This document shows positions 39,431 through 53,212 of a stretch of DNA of 64,000 nucleotides, piece after piece. The position numbers were made by a program, and so were the translations under genes. This DNA is from Dimorphilus gyrociliatus (Eukaryota > Animalia > Annelida), in assembly GCA_904063045.1 (NCBI GenBank), contig CAJFCJ010000012.1, positions 2,771,576-2,835,575 of the forward strand, given 5' to 3'. Every line of letters starts with the position of its first letter. Within the stretch, counting starts at the first letter, position 1. Below the pieces are notes generated by a model. The model worked only from the letters and a program-made list of their open reading frames with translations. It searched no databases and had not been told where the DNA came from.

Positions 39431-39699
39431 AACTGTTTAAAACATGACTTAAATTAAAAGATATAGCTAAATATCAAACATCTTCCTACCTTGACAATGT
39501 GAGAGTGAATAATTAAAATGGCTGACAATCTTTACTATAAACACCTTGTAGAGAACAAAGAGAGGACAAATGAGAAGAGTGACTAATTTATTAAAATTAC
39601 CATATATAATATCTATACTCTAATCTCAATGAAAACTGACTGCAAAAGCGTTTGATCGTTCTCTCTGTCTCTCTCTTCCAACTGTGAAAATATTGCAGT

Positions 39700-40860
39700 A
39701 CTTGTATTGTTAAAAGAGTCTATTACTAAAACCGATTTAATGTGTTTATCTTCTTGTCAAAAGAACATTAAAAATCCAATTATAGATTAAAGGTTAAATG
39801 TTGAACATTGTTTATTCAAGTTTTTTTCTTTTAGAACGAATTCATTCATAAGTTATTCACTCTTTTATTTGACAAGAAAAAAAAAATTAAAAGCTAATCT
39901 ATAAAGTTCATTAATAATGAATTCATTCATTTCAGAGAAAAACTCTAAATACCAATATTGACCTGCTTTTATGTTTGCTTTGTCCTAAAACTATTTCTGT
40001 TTGTCAATTTCTGTTTTAGATATAACTACAAGTGCAAAAATAGACTTTTTCTTTCTTTCGTTTTAGATATACTACTATGTCTTAGTGAAGTCTGTCAATA
40101 TTTGTTATAAATTTTTGGAAGTTGTTTTTTGAGTAATACTTCATCTATTAATCAATTAAACAAGTTTATTGAAGTAATATCGATGTAATCAATTACATCA
40201 GATAATATAATATCTAATAGGCCTAATCTTATAGAAATTTTGCTATTTAACTAGTCGATTAGCAAATGAATACTTCGTATTGGATAGAGTAGTGTACTGC
40301 TTAGTCACTATGTGCATTTGCAAGTTACAACAGTGTTGCTTCAACTGGAACCTTTGAACAAAATGTTTAATTTAAATGATTTATAAGCTGTAAATCACCT
40401 TAGCAGGGTTAATTGAATTATAAATTTGCAATAACTCATCTATAAACAAAGTTGAACCCTAACCCTTTAGAATGACTAATTGAAATAAAATTTAGTCAAA
40501 TCCTATTGAGTTTTCTCTCATAAGTTTATTAGTCAAATTGTCAAAGATTGTGATTGTAAGCTAGTTTAAGGATAAAATATAACAAAAGTTGTATTTTGTT
40601 TCAACATTCTCTAAACATGTGTTTTTTCTTCATATTTCTATAGTAGTGACACCTGTAGGAGAATGAAACATAATAATATAAATGCTTAATCTTTTACTGT
40701 GTATTAGACTCTTTGTAGAAGAGTACTAATAGAAGTTTTTTTACAGTTTTGGGAGAAAATGTCCAAGTACATTTATGGTGTTTCTATGTTAAATGAAGAA
40801 TTTGGTAAATTTTTAACTTTTAGTACTGTTGCTGCAAGATATTGCCGTAATCCTAGAATT
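39700..40860 (-). pseudogene. Diverged duplicate of the ENaC 3' flank with a short deleted ENaC relic
   Basis: 39700-40075 aligns with 52383-52750; 40420-40510 with 52860-52945; 40630-40790 with 53070-53225; then ttttaacttttagtactgttgctgcaagata matches ENaC coding sequence at about 53822-53855. Confidence 0.75.
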
Positions 40861-40971
40861 GATTTAATATGTTTCTTCGCCCTTCCTAATTCAATTTCTT
40901 TATGAATGTTTTATTTTGTTAAATAAACAAGTTAAATTATAGATAAAGAAACAATAAGGTTTCATTAAGGT

Positions 40972-43900
40972 TTATTTTGACAAATCTTTGAATCTAACTG
41001 CTGCATTTTGTTGGATTTTCTTTTTAATAAAATTACCCAAAGCATGCAAGTCATTTTCCTTGGCTAACCCAATTGTAGAAATCATATTACTCATATCGAG
41101 TATCTGTACTTTCACTACCATCTTGCTTTTCTGGATAAATGAATGAAAGAAGAGCTAGTGGCTTGAACAGTTAAGAAGAATCAATGTTTTTTAAACCTTG
41201 ACTAATATTTCATTGAATAATAAATGTCCATTAAACGTATAAGCATTGCAATGAATCTGGTTGAGAATATATGTTGTATGTAGAGTCACATGATATATAT
41301 TGATTATTGTCAAAGTCTCCAAATGGTATAAATGATTTGCAATAGTTTCTTTACTAGAGATCCTGGTAAGAATCTCTTTTATAACATTATTAATCATAGT
41401 TAAATCTAAGAAATGTTCTTTTTGTTTTTTTTTTTAATTGATTAACAAAACAATCATACTAAACCTTTTAATTTCAAATCTCTTTCAATGTTTACAATCA
41501 TTTGTTGTCTTGAAAGGAAGAGAGACAATAACATTTATATAAGAAATTAGAATACTAATTTCTTTTTACCTTTTCAACTGTAATTCCTTATTTCTTTTAT
41601 CAATGAGAATTTTTAGTTCAACATATGAATAGATTAATGGGTTAACAATTGCTCTTAATGGCATTAAAACAATAACAATGAAAGGGAAAATAGCATTATT
41701 AACTGCAGTTCTGCCAGATGCTGATATAAATCCTTGAGTTTGTGTGTGAGAGAGAGAGAGAGAGAGTGAGAAATTACAGTGATGAGTTGATTTCTTGACT
41801 CTTTTTACTTACCTAAAATAGAGATTGGGAGCCAGAATGAAATGTTTAGTACCGCAATTATTGTACTTTTTTTCAAAGCTTGCAATTTATTTATTTGGGA
41901 ATTTTTTTTTAAAGCATTTCGTCTTAATGATTTGACAATAAGAAGATAAAGGATTGCAACAAAGACACTTGATAAAAATGTTAAAATTCCATATAGAAAG
42001 AAGGAAATAAACCATCCTTCGTATTTTTCGTTAGTTAAATGTAATGAAAAGCAAATTGGAGATCTTGAATTGAAATTCTTTTTATGAGTGAAAAAGAAGA
42101 AGAATTAGAGAGAGAGAGAAAAAGAAGTATTTCAATTTACTTTGAAGAAAACAAGTGTACTGGCTAATAATAAAATTATTATAAAATTCACAATAATATT
42201 GAAAATTTGGTATGGAAAATCTCTTTTCCATAAATAAACAATCGACAAATATCGATCTACAGTAATAAACGCAATAGAAAGTGATGACCCTAAACAGGAA
42301 TATCCGGCAATTACTCCAGATATTAGACACGGAATACTTTTCCTCCATACTATATCATTATCTTCAAAATTGCCTCTATAAATTCCATCTACAGTACCAA
42401 TTACCAAAAGGTAAAAACTGAATAATAAATCAGAAAATGCTAAGTTTATATAAAATATATGAATTGATTTTGTATAATTGATAATTTTTAAAATGATACT
42501 TAAAATATTTGTAATTAAGATAATAACAATGAAAAACCAGATTATAATTTGCATAAATTTTGAAGGAATTAAATCTGAACAGGTGTTAAAACTTTCATCT
42601 AATTTTGTCTTTGATAGACATTTTTGTAATTTTTTGCAATATTTCTGAGCTAGACAACAAATTTGAAAATTTTCAGTAAATATAATTTCAATATTTTTTA
42701 AATCTTTGACAAAAGAGAAATATTCTAGAAATGGTAATTTTGAATTTGTGAAATCAATTTCAAATAAATTATCTAATCCTTTGAAAGAAAATTCTTGTAA
42801 TTCAATAATTTTTGAACTAATTAATGAAAGATATTCAAGTGATTTTAAATTTTTAAATGATAAATTTTCAATAGATTTAAAAGTGTTGTATGAAAGATCT
42901 AAAACTTTTAATGATGGAATGAGAAGAATATTTGAATTTAAATATTTTAAAAAGTTTCTTTTCAATATTAAAACTTGTAATTTTTTCATATTTGAAAAAT
43001 AATTTGAATTATTAGAAAACAATAATTCAGTTGAAGATAAATCTAATTTAATTAAATTTGGAAATTTTTTATATTCAAACATTGATTGGATAGTTTTTGA
43101 AAATGAAATATTCAAAAAATTAATATTCAATTCATTCAAATTTCTGAAATTTTTTAATAGATTTCTTGAATATAGTATTGTCAGATATTTTACAATTATT
43201 GATGAATTTCCTTGAATTTCTATACTACTTTTGGTATTATTAATAAAATTGCAATAACTGTGAAATCTTGTTTGGCAACTGCAAAATTCAGGACATTGGA
43301 ATTGTTTATTGCAGTAAAGTTCATCTGTTCCATTTAAACAGTCAATAATACCATTACAAACTTTACTGTTGTTTAAGAATGTTGAATCTTCAATACATTT
43401 GAAATAGCCAATTGCTTTAAAATTCTCTGAAAATGGGAAAAATATGCAAGTCTTTCAGATTATAACTGTAAAATACCGCAGTTTTCTTCATCATCACTAT
43501 TTGGACAGTGTGCTATGCCGTCGCAGACCTTTTTCAATGGTATACAATAGTAGGAAAAGGAACACCGAAATGATCCTTCAATACACAACATTGATTGACA
43601 ATTTGATAAATCGAAATATGGAAATTGCGGTTTTGTTATCAATTTTCCCAAACTATTGTACTTTAGATGGCATTTTGTTGTTGTAATATCATTTGAAGGA
43701 CCATTGTTTCTCCAATTCAACATTTGGCAGCCACTGTCTATAGAACAAAAATACCATTCTATTATTTAAAATCTGTAGACAAATTTTTCATTCCAAAAAT
43801 CTACCCGAATTGTATGACAACTTTTCACGAAATTTTTTCAAACATTCACTATGGCTTTCATCTTTGCCATCTTTACAATCAATTCTATTGTCACATACAT

Positions 43901-46700
43901 TTCCAATATTTATGCATTCATTGGAACAATAGAATTGAGAAGAATTGCATTCCTCTTTTAGGAAAGAAGTTGGATAGTTAGTCTTACATTCAATCTTTCC
44001 TGTTTATATTACCCGATTTACATATTTCATCTGATCCGTCTACACAGTGTTTCTCTCCATCGCATTTTAAAGAAGCTTTTATACATTCGCCACTTATACA
44101 TCTAAAATATTCAAATATTCTAAACAATTATAAAGCATCAATCAAAATTTTTAAAATTTTACTGTATCTGTCCAGTTTTACAGTTGCCATATTCTGCAAA
44201 AAAGAAAAATCCTCTTTTTGATGTTTTTTTTCAACGTGTTCATTGATATAATCATGTTTTAGTTTTACCACAATTTTCTTCATCATAATTATTTGAACAA
44301 TGATTTATATGATCGCAAACGAATTTTAATTGAATTTTTTCATTGCTTGAACAGTAGAAATATTGAAAAGAATTATCGCAATGTTTCTCATCCTCTCCAG
44401 ATGGACAATTCAAAATTCCATCACATTGAAAAATAGGATTTATGCATATAATATCTTCTTTACAAAGATACATAGGTTCTAAACAAGAAAATTCTCTATA
44501 AACTGGTGAAAAAAAATTTTCAATATCAAATTCATTTCTATCATTAGAAATATCTATATTTAAAAAACAAAAAAAAGAGGCAAAGACATTTTTATTATCT
44601 TCAATTCCATGAATATTTGCTCTTCTTACTCAGAAATGATTGGCAGATTGCATATTTATATAACTTAAAAGAACAATCAACTTTTGAAAATTCATCATAT
44701 GACAAAGAATTACATTTTCCAAATTCTTTAGAATTCTTTTCAGCACCTCCATAGTTTTCGAAACACATATTTTTGCTACTAGTCCTCTTATGATCAGGAA
44801 TATAATAAAATCTTCCAAAGGATTTGTCATAGGTAATTTCTAAAATATCTTTCATAATGAAGAACTGTCTTGAAATTGGTACAGAAACTTCCAAAGGAAC
44901 ATTTCCGGAGAGAAATATTTTTCGATTTCCATTAATCAACACCCTTTCAGATGTTTCTAAAAATGAAGAGAAAGACAGAGAGAGTTTTTATGGAAATTGA
45001 AGAAAAAATCTTTACAAAACCAAATGGAACTTTTTCAGGAATATATTCATCATCTTTCAATGCTTCAGAATTGATTTTATGAACCAAATTCATTAGGAAA
45101 ACACTGTCATCCATTGTTGAAAAAGATAATAAGTTTGCCCCAATATCTTTGCATTTTTCTTTCATCTCTTCCAAAGACACTTTTCCTTTCTCATTGTTGA
45201 TAATATAATAGCATTTACCTTTAAAAATGAAGGCTTCTTTGTTAGGACAACCTGTGATTTATTTTCACCAAAAATTATCTCTATGAGGTGAACAGAGCAG
45301 GACAGAGTGAGAAAAAGAGAGGAAGGAAGCACCTACTAAATGTCTTAATATTTGAACAACTGAGATAAGCATATGGTAAAGCAGCTAGCTTTGTAAAGAA
45401 GAATTTCTTTTTCATATTTGAATATCCATTTCTACAGCCTCTCACATTGTTAACAAATTGACAATCAACTATAAAAGGAGTCGTATGTTTTAAATATTTG
45501 GTCATCAAATATTTTACAGTTCCATACATAAATCCAAAATAATTACAAAACATCTATTTCACACCCAAAATAGGTTTATATTGAGACAAGATTGAAATTG
45601 AAATACTTTTGAATTAGATTATTGAGAAAATGTTTAAAAATTACTTTAACAACTCTCTGAGTAAAACCCCAAGTAAAAACGTATTCACCACTAGAACCAA
45701 ATTTTAAAATTCCTTCTGCAAAATCTATTCCAGTAGTATTATAATAGAAATCTATTTCACCTTGAAGAAAATAATTGTTTTTTCTCTCTAATTATAATCA
45801 TAAAGTAGTTTTAATTGATTTTCACAAAAAAATTGACATTTAATTGATGTTACTGTAGTAAGTTTTTTCATCTTTTATACAATAAACATTAATACAAAAG
45901 AAATCTGTCTCGTATTCAATTCTATCTGGTTTATAGATAAAACCATTGTTCTCTTGATGATAGTACAAAATTCCATTAAAATTTATTGAATGACCTCCTC
46001 TTGAACAAGACACTAAGTACATCTTGTACAAATTGAAATCTTTATAAACGCAACGATTTTTTACCACGCTCTTCAATTTTTCGAAATAATCTGTTTATTA
46101 AAAATGGTGTGTTGTTTTTGTTATTGTTAATATTACATTATTATCAAAAGAAGAGAAACACACCTTCATTTGACACTTTTGGATAGAGGAGAGGCATAGG
46201 ACCAAAACTTTCACTATGAGGTAACATTCTGAAATATTTACCAAAATTTTCATCAATGTCCAATTTAAGATCTGTTCATTTCAAAAAGTGTCAAGAATGA
46301 TGATTAATTTATAAAAACAGACTCAAATTTACCAAAGAAATAATCAGAATATACAGAAATTCTAGTACAATGAATATTTGTTAAATTTTCAATACTAACT
46401 TTTCCAGTGCTTGTTATTAAATAGGCAAAATTTGAAAAAGAGACATTTTTAAATAATTCCATTACTAATAGAAATTTTATTTTCATTTTTCTAAGATCAT
46501 TATCATAAAAATTACAATAATCTTTATTTTTAGGGCAATTCCACATAAATCTCTTCTTTTTGAAACACAAATGAAAAGATTGTTTCTTATGTCTGATGTA
46601 ACCAATGAATTTTCTATGGCCAAAATTTGCTTGATAAGATACATAAGAATCTGTTCAATAGTAATGGTATAAAACATTGATAGTAAGGTTAAGGTCATCT
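40972..46700 (-). CDS. GRL101/LGR-type GPCR copy 3; multi-exon, 5' end uncertain
   Basis: SRCR-like 45281..45553; CTL-like 44601..45180; LDLa motifs at 44473-43300; ORF 42132..43139 LRR+TM1-4 with TVDRY; [13 protein letters not shown] at about 41660-41620; tail exons 41508-41465, 41405-41197, 41130-40972. Confidence 0.85.
41743..41768. repeat. (TG)n(AG)n compound microsatellite in an intron
   Basis: tgtgtgtgagagagagagagagagag read directly. Confidence 0.8.
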
Positions 46701-48143
46701 ATGTAAAAACAAACAAACACGGAATATTTATACTATAGCATCTCAAACAATAAACAAAATTATCATTTTTCCCAGCATTTTCTTTTGAACAGTTGTTGAA
46801 CAATCTAAAAATTTTTGAATGTTTAGGAAATTAGAGAAATCTTCAAAATTCTACTCACAAATACAATTTTCATTAATGCATTTCATATCAATTTTACTAA
46901 TATCTATAAATAAAAAATATGAATCAGTAAAACTGTTTTCTATAACAAAAGAAAAGATTCTTTTTTACCATTTTGTTTTTTATTACATGTAAATAAATTT
47001 GAATTTAAGTCATCAAAACCCAATTCAACACAAATTTTGGTATGAAAATTTTTATAATTTATAAAGTGATTTTTATTATAAATAAGATTAAATACTTCTT
47101 CAGAGTTTTTCATTTTAATTTTTATATCTAAATAACCTTCAATAAAACTATACCTTGAAGATAATCCACTAATATTGAATGTAACATTTCTATTACCAAA
47201 GAGTTGAAAACTGCTGTTGTTTTTTTTTGTGATAAAAAAAAATAACTTAGAAAAGTTGGATTATTCTTTTTCCTTTATATTTACCTTGACCTACATTTAT
47301 CAGCTTTAATTGCAGAGTCTATTAAACTTTTAATTATTAGTATAGTATTTATTATTCTTATAGTTTTTAAAAACATGGTACTGATTTTAAAATCAATTTT
47401 TTTGTTTATTTATATTAAAATTAACATTTCAATTGATCTTTGTAAAAAAGAAATTTAATACCAATTTTAAAAATATCTACGTTAAATCTAAAAGGTCACA
47501 TGATCATTAGAAGAATCAAATATTGAGTATTTCTTTTTCATTATTAAAATAAATTAATTTAATTTAGTTGTTTGTATTTTTTATATCTTTTATTAACAAT
47601 TAATAAAAAGGAGTATGAGAAAATACATTCTATTTTTTCGCATTTTAATTCTTCTCTAATGAGATGTTTTCTCCTAATTCTAATTAATATAGGTTTCTTT
47701 TAAATATTTTTAGTTCTATAAAAACTGAAAAGCCATTTTGACAAATAATTTATATATCTTAAACTAAAAATATATTATCCACAAAACAATGTTATTAGAC
47801 TGTAACAGACGCCACTATCGATTTAGCAAAAGAACATTGACACTTGTCAAAAAACTTTTACATAACATTGCATGTGAAAAAACAGTCTTTAATATTGAAG
47901 AATAGTCGATAAATCTGAAATCTGAAATGATTACCTTTCAAGTAAACATTTTCAATAATTTTCGATGTTTTAACAATATTTCCTTGTATAAAAAGGAACC
48001 GCTCTTTAAACAAAATCTGCATTGCTCACGTTGCAACTACAACATCTTTGTACTATTACAAGTTCACAGAAACACAACAATATAATAATAAATCAAATTG
48101 GGGAAAAGGTCAAGGTTAAAAGGTTATTTTTTCATATTTTAGG

Positions 48144-50125
48144 TTAAATATTTGAAAAGAAAAGTTGACAAGATAACTGTTGATTAAAATCAAAAAATTT
48201 GTCTGTTAAAATAAAAAGGACAGTCTTATTCAATGTAAAATCTCCAATCCTTTTACAATTCAAAGTCAAATATGTCTTTATGTTTATTTTATTAAATGAA
48301 CAATTTAAACCAATTTCTGGATTTTGTTTGGAATTTTTAGAAAAATTTCCATCACTGAATTCATTTAAATTTAATTGTTTTTGAATGAAAGTTAATGGAT
48401 TAATTATCTTAATCATTATTTCTTCATCAGATTCAAACTTTAACTGAAAGAATGAATTCTTTGATTTTTTGGGTACAGTAACATACAAGTACTCATTGAA
48501 CTTGTTATAGACAATTGACATTCTACTATTAGTATTTTTTATCAAAGTAATTTTCCTTCCCCCTAAAGAGAAGATGAAATGTTATGTACAATTTAAAAGC
48601 ACCAAAAGTAATCAAACCTTTGAAATCAACTTTTACATAATTAATAACATTTGGCAATTTATTTTTAAATGTTATATGAGAAATATTAAGCGGAAGTGGA
48701 AAAGTTGATTCAATTATACCCAATAAAATCACATTGTTATCTTCAATTAAACCAAATTTCACTTGTGTGCATGTAAATTCAAGCCAGAAAAGTTTCCATT
48801 CTGAACAATTTAATAATTGTTGTAAATGATTAATTATAAGGCTTTTTCTTTCTGGTTTTAGTAATGTCAAAAAAGACTGCCCTATTGTATTGTGAGTTAT
48901 TGAGCAGATAATTTCATCATTGCATTTAAAACTGACTACGAGAGAATTGCACAAGCTGAATAAACTACCTTTCACCTGATATTTAAACTCCTTTAGATTG
49001 TTTAAATCCTTGTTGGACAGATGATAAATGACATCATTAGTTGTTTGAATGTTAAAAATATTACTGTCAACATCAGCTTTTGTATAAACATCAATCATTG
49101 AAATAGAAAATTTTTGAACATTGTAAACTTGTAAGATTTTCAAATGAAACCAAAGTTCATTGAATGTACTTGAATAATCTTTGCAATTTCTTTGTATTCC
49201 TTGTATTAAATCAAATTCTTGGCTAGAGGCAAAGCTCCATTTTACCAACATGCTTTTTATGATTATGTCCTCATTAAATCTTTTCAAGATATTTTTTAAT
49301 TGAAAATTACAAGATAAATTCTTAAAAAAAGAAGATATTTTTACCTTTCTGTTACACAATATTGATTTGGTTTAGCTGAATAGGCAAAAGTAATATTTAT
49401 ATATTCTCCAATGCAACCACTAATACATTCTGGATTCCAAAAACTATGGAAACTTGGTTCAAGGGCATTATCACAAATGCCACTAGATGCAGAACATTTT
49501 GCCCCAATATCGCCTTTTGAAATGCTTGTATAAATTATATCATCATTTCCATCATCAGCTTGAAAAAATATTTAAATATTTACATTGTTTTGATAAGGAA
49601 AATTTGTATTATTAAATGTTTACTTGTGTAAGAAAATACCAAAATTGAACTAAATCCTATATGATTCATACCACTGTGTCCTTCAAATGGTTGTAAATGA
49701 ATGTACTCAACAGATTCTCCTTGACCATCTTCCAATAGATAACATGTTTCATAACTATCCAATTTATAAATAAAAGTTGGCCCTCTGCTAAAAGTGACAT
49801 TTAACAGTTCAATTTTATACATTTTCGCTATAATTCTTTGATTTAAACAAAATGAAATAATATTGTATGTTTTAAAAAAATTGACTTTAATCCATTGATG
49901 AGCGCAATCATCGGGTGAACAAAAAGATGCCCAACCACCCATAACCAACTGCTTATCTTCAAGAGCATTTTCACAATTATAAGTAAAACTACCAATATAA
50001 GGATGATGTGATGATTCTTCACAAGTAGCCAAATTATGTCTATAGGCCACATTGAGAAGTTTTGCAAAAGCAGTTACATGGAATGATAAGAAAATAATAA
50101 AAGAAGTTATAAAGTAACTGTTCAT
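48144..50125 (-). CDS. F5/8C + FAMeT-like secreted protein, copy 2
   Basis: ORFs nearly identical to 15988-17969; visible substitutions include HIRF>HIGF, DSSI>DSNI, NITH>NISH, PRKS>PKKS. Confidence 0.7.
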
Positions 50126-52168
50126 TGTAAATTTCTTATTACAAATGTAAATTTCTTAAAATGTTAATTATTAAAAAAGAGAAATTAATTATTTATAATC
50201 CAAACACTTAAAATAATTGATAATAAATAGATAATAAATAATAACCTTTCCAATTTAGATATTCCTTACAAAAGATTCTTATTGTCTTATATTTAAATAT
50301 GTTCAATTATACAATTTATAAATTAATAATATTCTTCTTTTCATTGTAAACTGAAAAACAGTTATTGCTGTTTAAAAGGAAGAACTTGTCAACAAGAGAA
50401 GAAAAAGGCCTGAGACAATAAATAACTATTTTTTATGAATGTTCTTAAACTATATGATCTTGAAAATGTTAAATCTTGAGCTCTCTTTTAATTTAATTTA
50501 AGAATCAACTGTAGTTAAATTTGAATACGACAGTAAGAGAATGAGGTTGGAAACTAATAAGTGCAGTTTCAAGAATGAAAGAACGTTTTAGATTATTTAT
50601 GAATATGTATATTGCAATTAAGTAAGATGAAGTTCAGGTTAGATTTACAAATATTTTTTGTCAAAATTGTAGTCATGGTCTTCTCAAAAGCTAGTAATCA
50701 GCTCCTTATCCTCGGATCTCTTTTAATTTTTTTGGAAGAGATGATACTTGCTTTAATATTATTGTACTATAAATATATATAATATCTATGAAGAGTTACA
50801 TTAACTGGAAGTTTTCAATAACTCTATGGACATTATCAATAAATTTATTCCCTTCACTCTCCTGTAGCTGTCTGTTTGTAGGTTCAAAGTCTACTGGGTT
50901 TCCATTTGAAGATGAGTAAGGGTTACTTTTTTGTGTGACTTGCAAATATCATGAAATTCTAAATTCACTCTTTCCATAAACTTATTACTGGTAAAGAAAG
51001 AAACTACAAAAGATTTTCCCTGAAAATTATTCAGATAAGTCATCTCTTTATTGAAATTTTTACATCTGATAAAAAATATTCAATGGGTTTTGACATGAAT
51101 TTTACAAATGACATTATCTCTCTCATCAAAAGTTATATAGAATTAGAATGGTTATAATTCAAGTTATTTTCCTATTAAATTCTAGTTGTTGTACCTTAAG
51201 TCAACAGACTCTTTGAGTAAAGATCAATGTGTACATATTGGGAGTTTTTTGAGTAAAAAAATTGTTTGATTGTTCTATAATCAAAAAAAAACTTTCCAAA
51301 AAGAATTATAAATTATAATATTAAAAAAAAGCGAAAAATTTGTCATAGTATCTAATATTGATAAACATTAATTATATAAAGTTTGCAAACAACTGACAAT
51401 AATGCATTTGCATTCAAAGTATTAATTCTTTTAATTGGCAATATAATCAGTCATATCAGTGATGTTCTTGAGATCATTTCCTTTTTTCCAGTATTTTAAA
51501 TAGTTAACATTAGTTGCAGGAAAATCTGATAAAGTGATATCAGTGAAGTTTGTTCATGGCGTAAAACTACCAATAGCTGATGGTAATTCTCCAACTATTC
51601 TTTATCATTATAGTCTTCTCTAAATGCAATAATTTTAATAAATTCAGATTACATGTGTGAAAAAGCGCCATCTGTTATTATACTTTAGTAAATGTATTTT
51701 TTCTCAATATCTTGACAAATATTAATTGTTGAGAATATTTTTAGCACACAGGATTATAAATATAAAAGAAGCTTTTATCGAACTCAGATCAAAAAAGTCT
51801 ATATGAGAATATTCCTCCAACTAACAAAAGAGGCTTGTCTGAATCCCTTGATAAGAACATGTAAAATTGTGGCTGTTGATACATATGGAAATAAAAGAAA
51901 TATGACAATATATTTGAATATTTGAATATTATAAGGAAATGACAAGAGACAATTGAAGAGCTGTTATATTTTATATTAACTAAAGAAACAGTTAGGAAAC
52001 AGTTAATGAACACAAATTTCACATACCTCTGTAATATTAGTAATTACTATTTTTAATTCTTGATTGCTTGTCTACCCCTTCAAACTATTGATAATATTGT
52101 TCCACACTTTATATAAAGATAAACAATAGATTGTTAACGGCAAGTGGTCATTATATTTATTATTATAT

Positions 52169-52213
52169 TTGGCACGCTGCCAAATTTTTATTATCACTGA
52201 TATGACGTCATAT
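52169..52213. promoter_or_regulatory. Clustered NF-I site (TTGGC-N5-GCCAA) and CRE (TGACGTCA)
   Basis: TTGGCACGCTGCCAA at 52169-52183; ATATGACGTCATAT, a 14-bp palindrome, at 52200-52213. Confidence 0.5.
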
Positions 52214-53212
52214 TTATGTTTAAATTTGTGTATCATCTTTTCACTTTTCTTTCACACATTGTTCATTACTGTACGCCTACTTGTAATTATGTAACAATAA
52301 TAAAAATTATAACAGTATTTATTGTCATTCTATTTCTTTCTCTCTCTTTGGGCTGTGATAATATTAGATTACCAACAATGCTAACAGCAACTAGTATTAA
52401 AAACAATGTAATATGTTTACGTTTTCATCAATACGAATGTCAAAAATCCATTTATAGATTAAGGATTAACGTTAAATATCATTTATTTTAGTTTTTCCTT
52501 TACAAATTCATTTACAGGTCTGCCACTCTTTTGTTTAACTTGAAAAAAAAGGTAATAAAACCTAATCCAATAGTTCATCAGTACTGAGTTCATTCATTTC
52601 AAAGAAAAAGTCGAACTACCAATATTGACCTATCATCTTTTATGTTTTCTCTGTCATAAAACTGTTTCTGTTTGTCAGTTTCTTTTTTAGCTATCATAAC
52701 AAGTGCAAAAATAGACTTTTTCTTTCTTTCTTTCTTTTTAGATATATTACACCTTCGTGTAAAGATTGAAAGGCTTGTTTCAGTGAGATTGTTTTCAGGT
52801 GAACCTAATTAGGAGGACTAGTTCAATTTCAACTGGGCCATACCTTAGGAGGGCCATTTAATTATAATGTGGTCACAGCTTTCCTATAAACAAACTTGAG
52901 TCTTTAGGATGTTTAATTAAATAAAATTTGGTCAAATCCTAAAAAAAATGTCTAAAAGCTTTTCAATTTATAAAACAGCCAGGTTATCAATCTATCAGTT
53001 TTTTTGATACAAAATTCCTATCTATCTTACTGTATAATATACCTTCTGGTGTGAAAAATCATAGTTAATTTCTTTATATCTTTATGGTAATGACACCTGT
53101 AGGAGAATATAACGTAATATATGAGTGTATTCTTTCATCATATGTTAGATTCTCTGTAATAGAGTACTATTAAAAAAATTTTGTAGTGTTAGGAGAAAAT
53201 GTCCAAGTAGAT

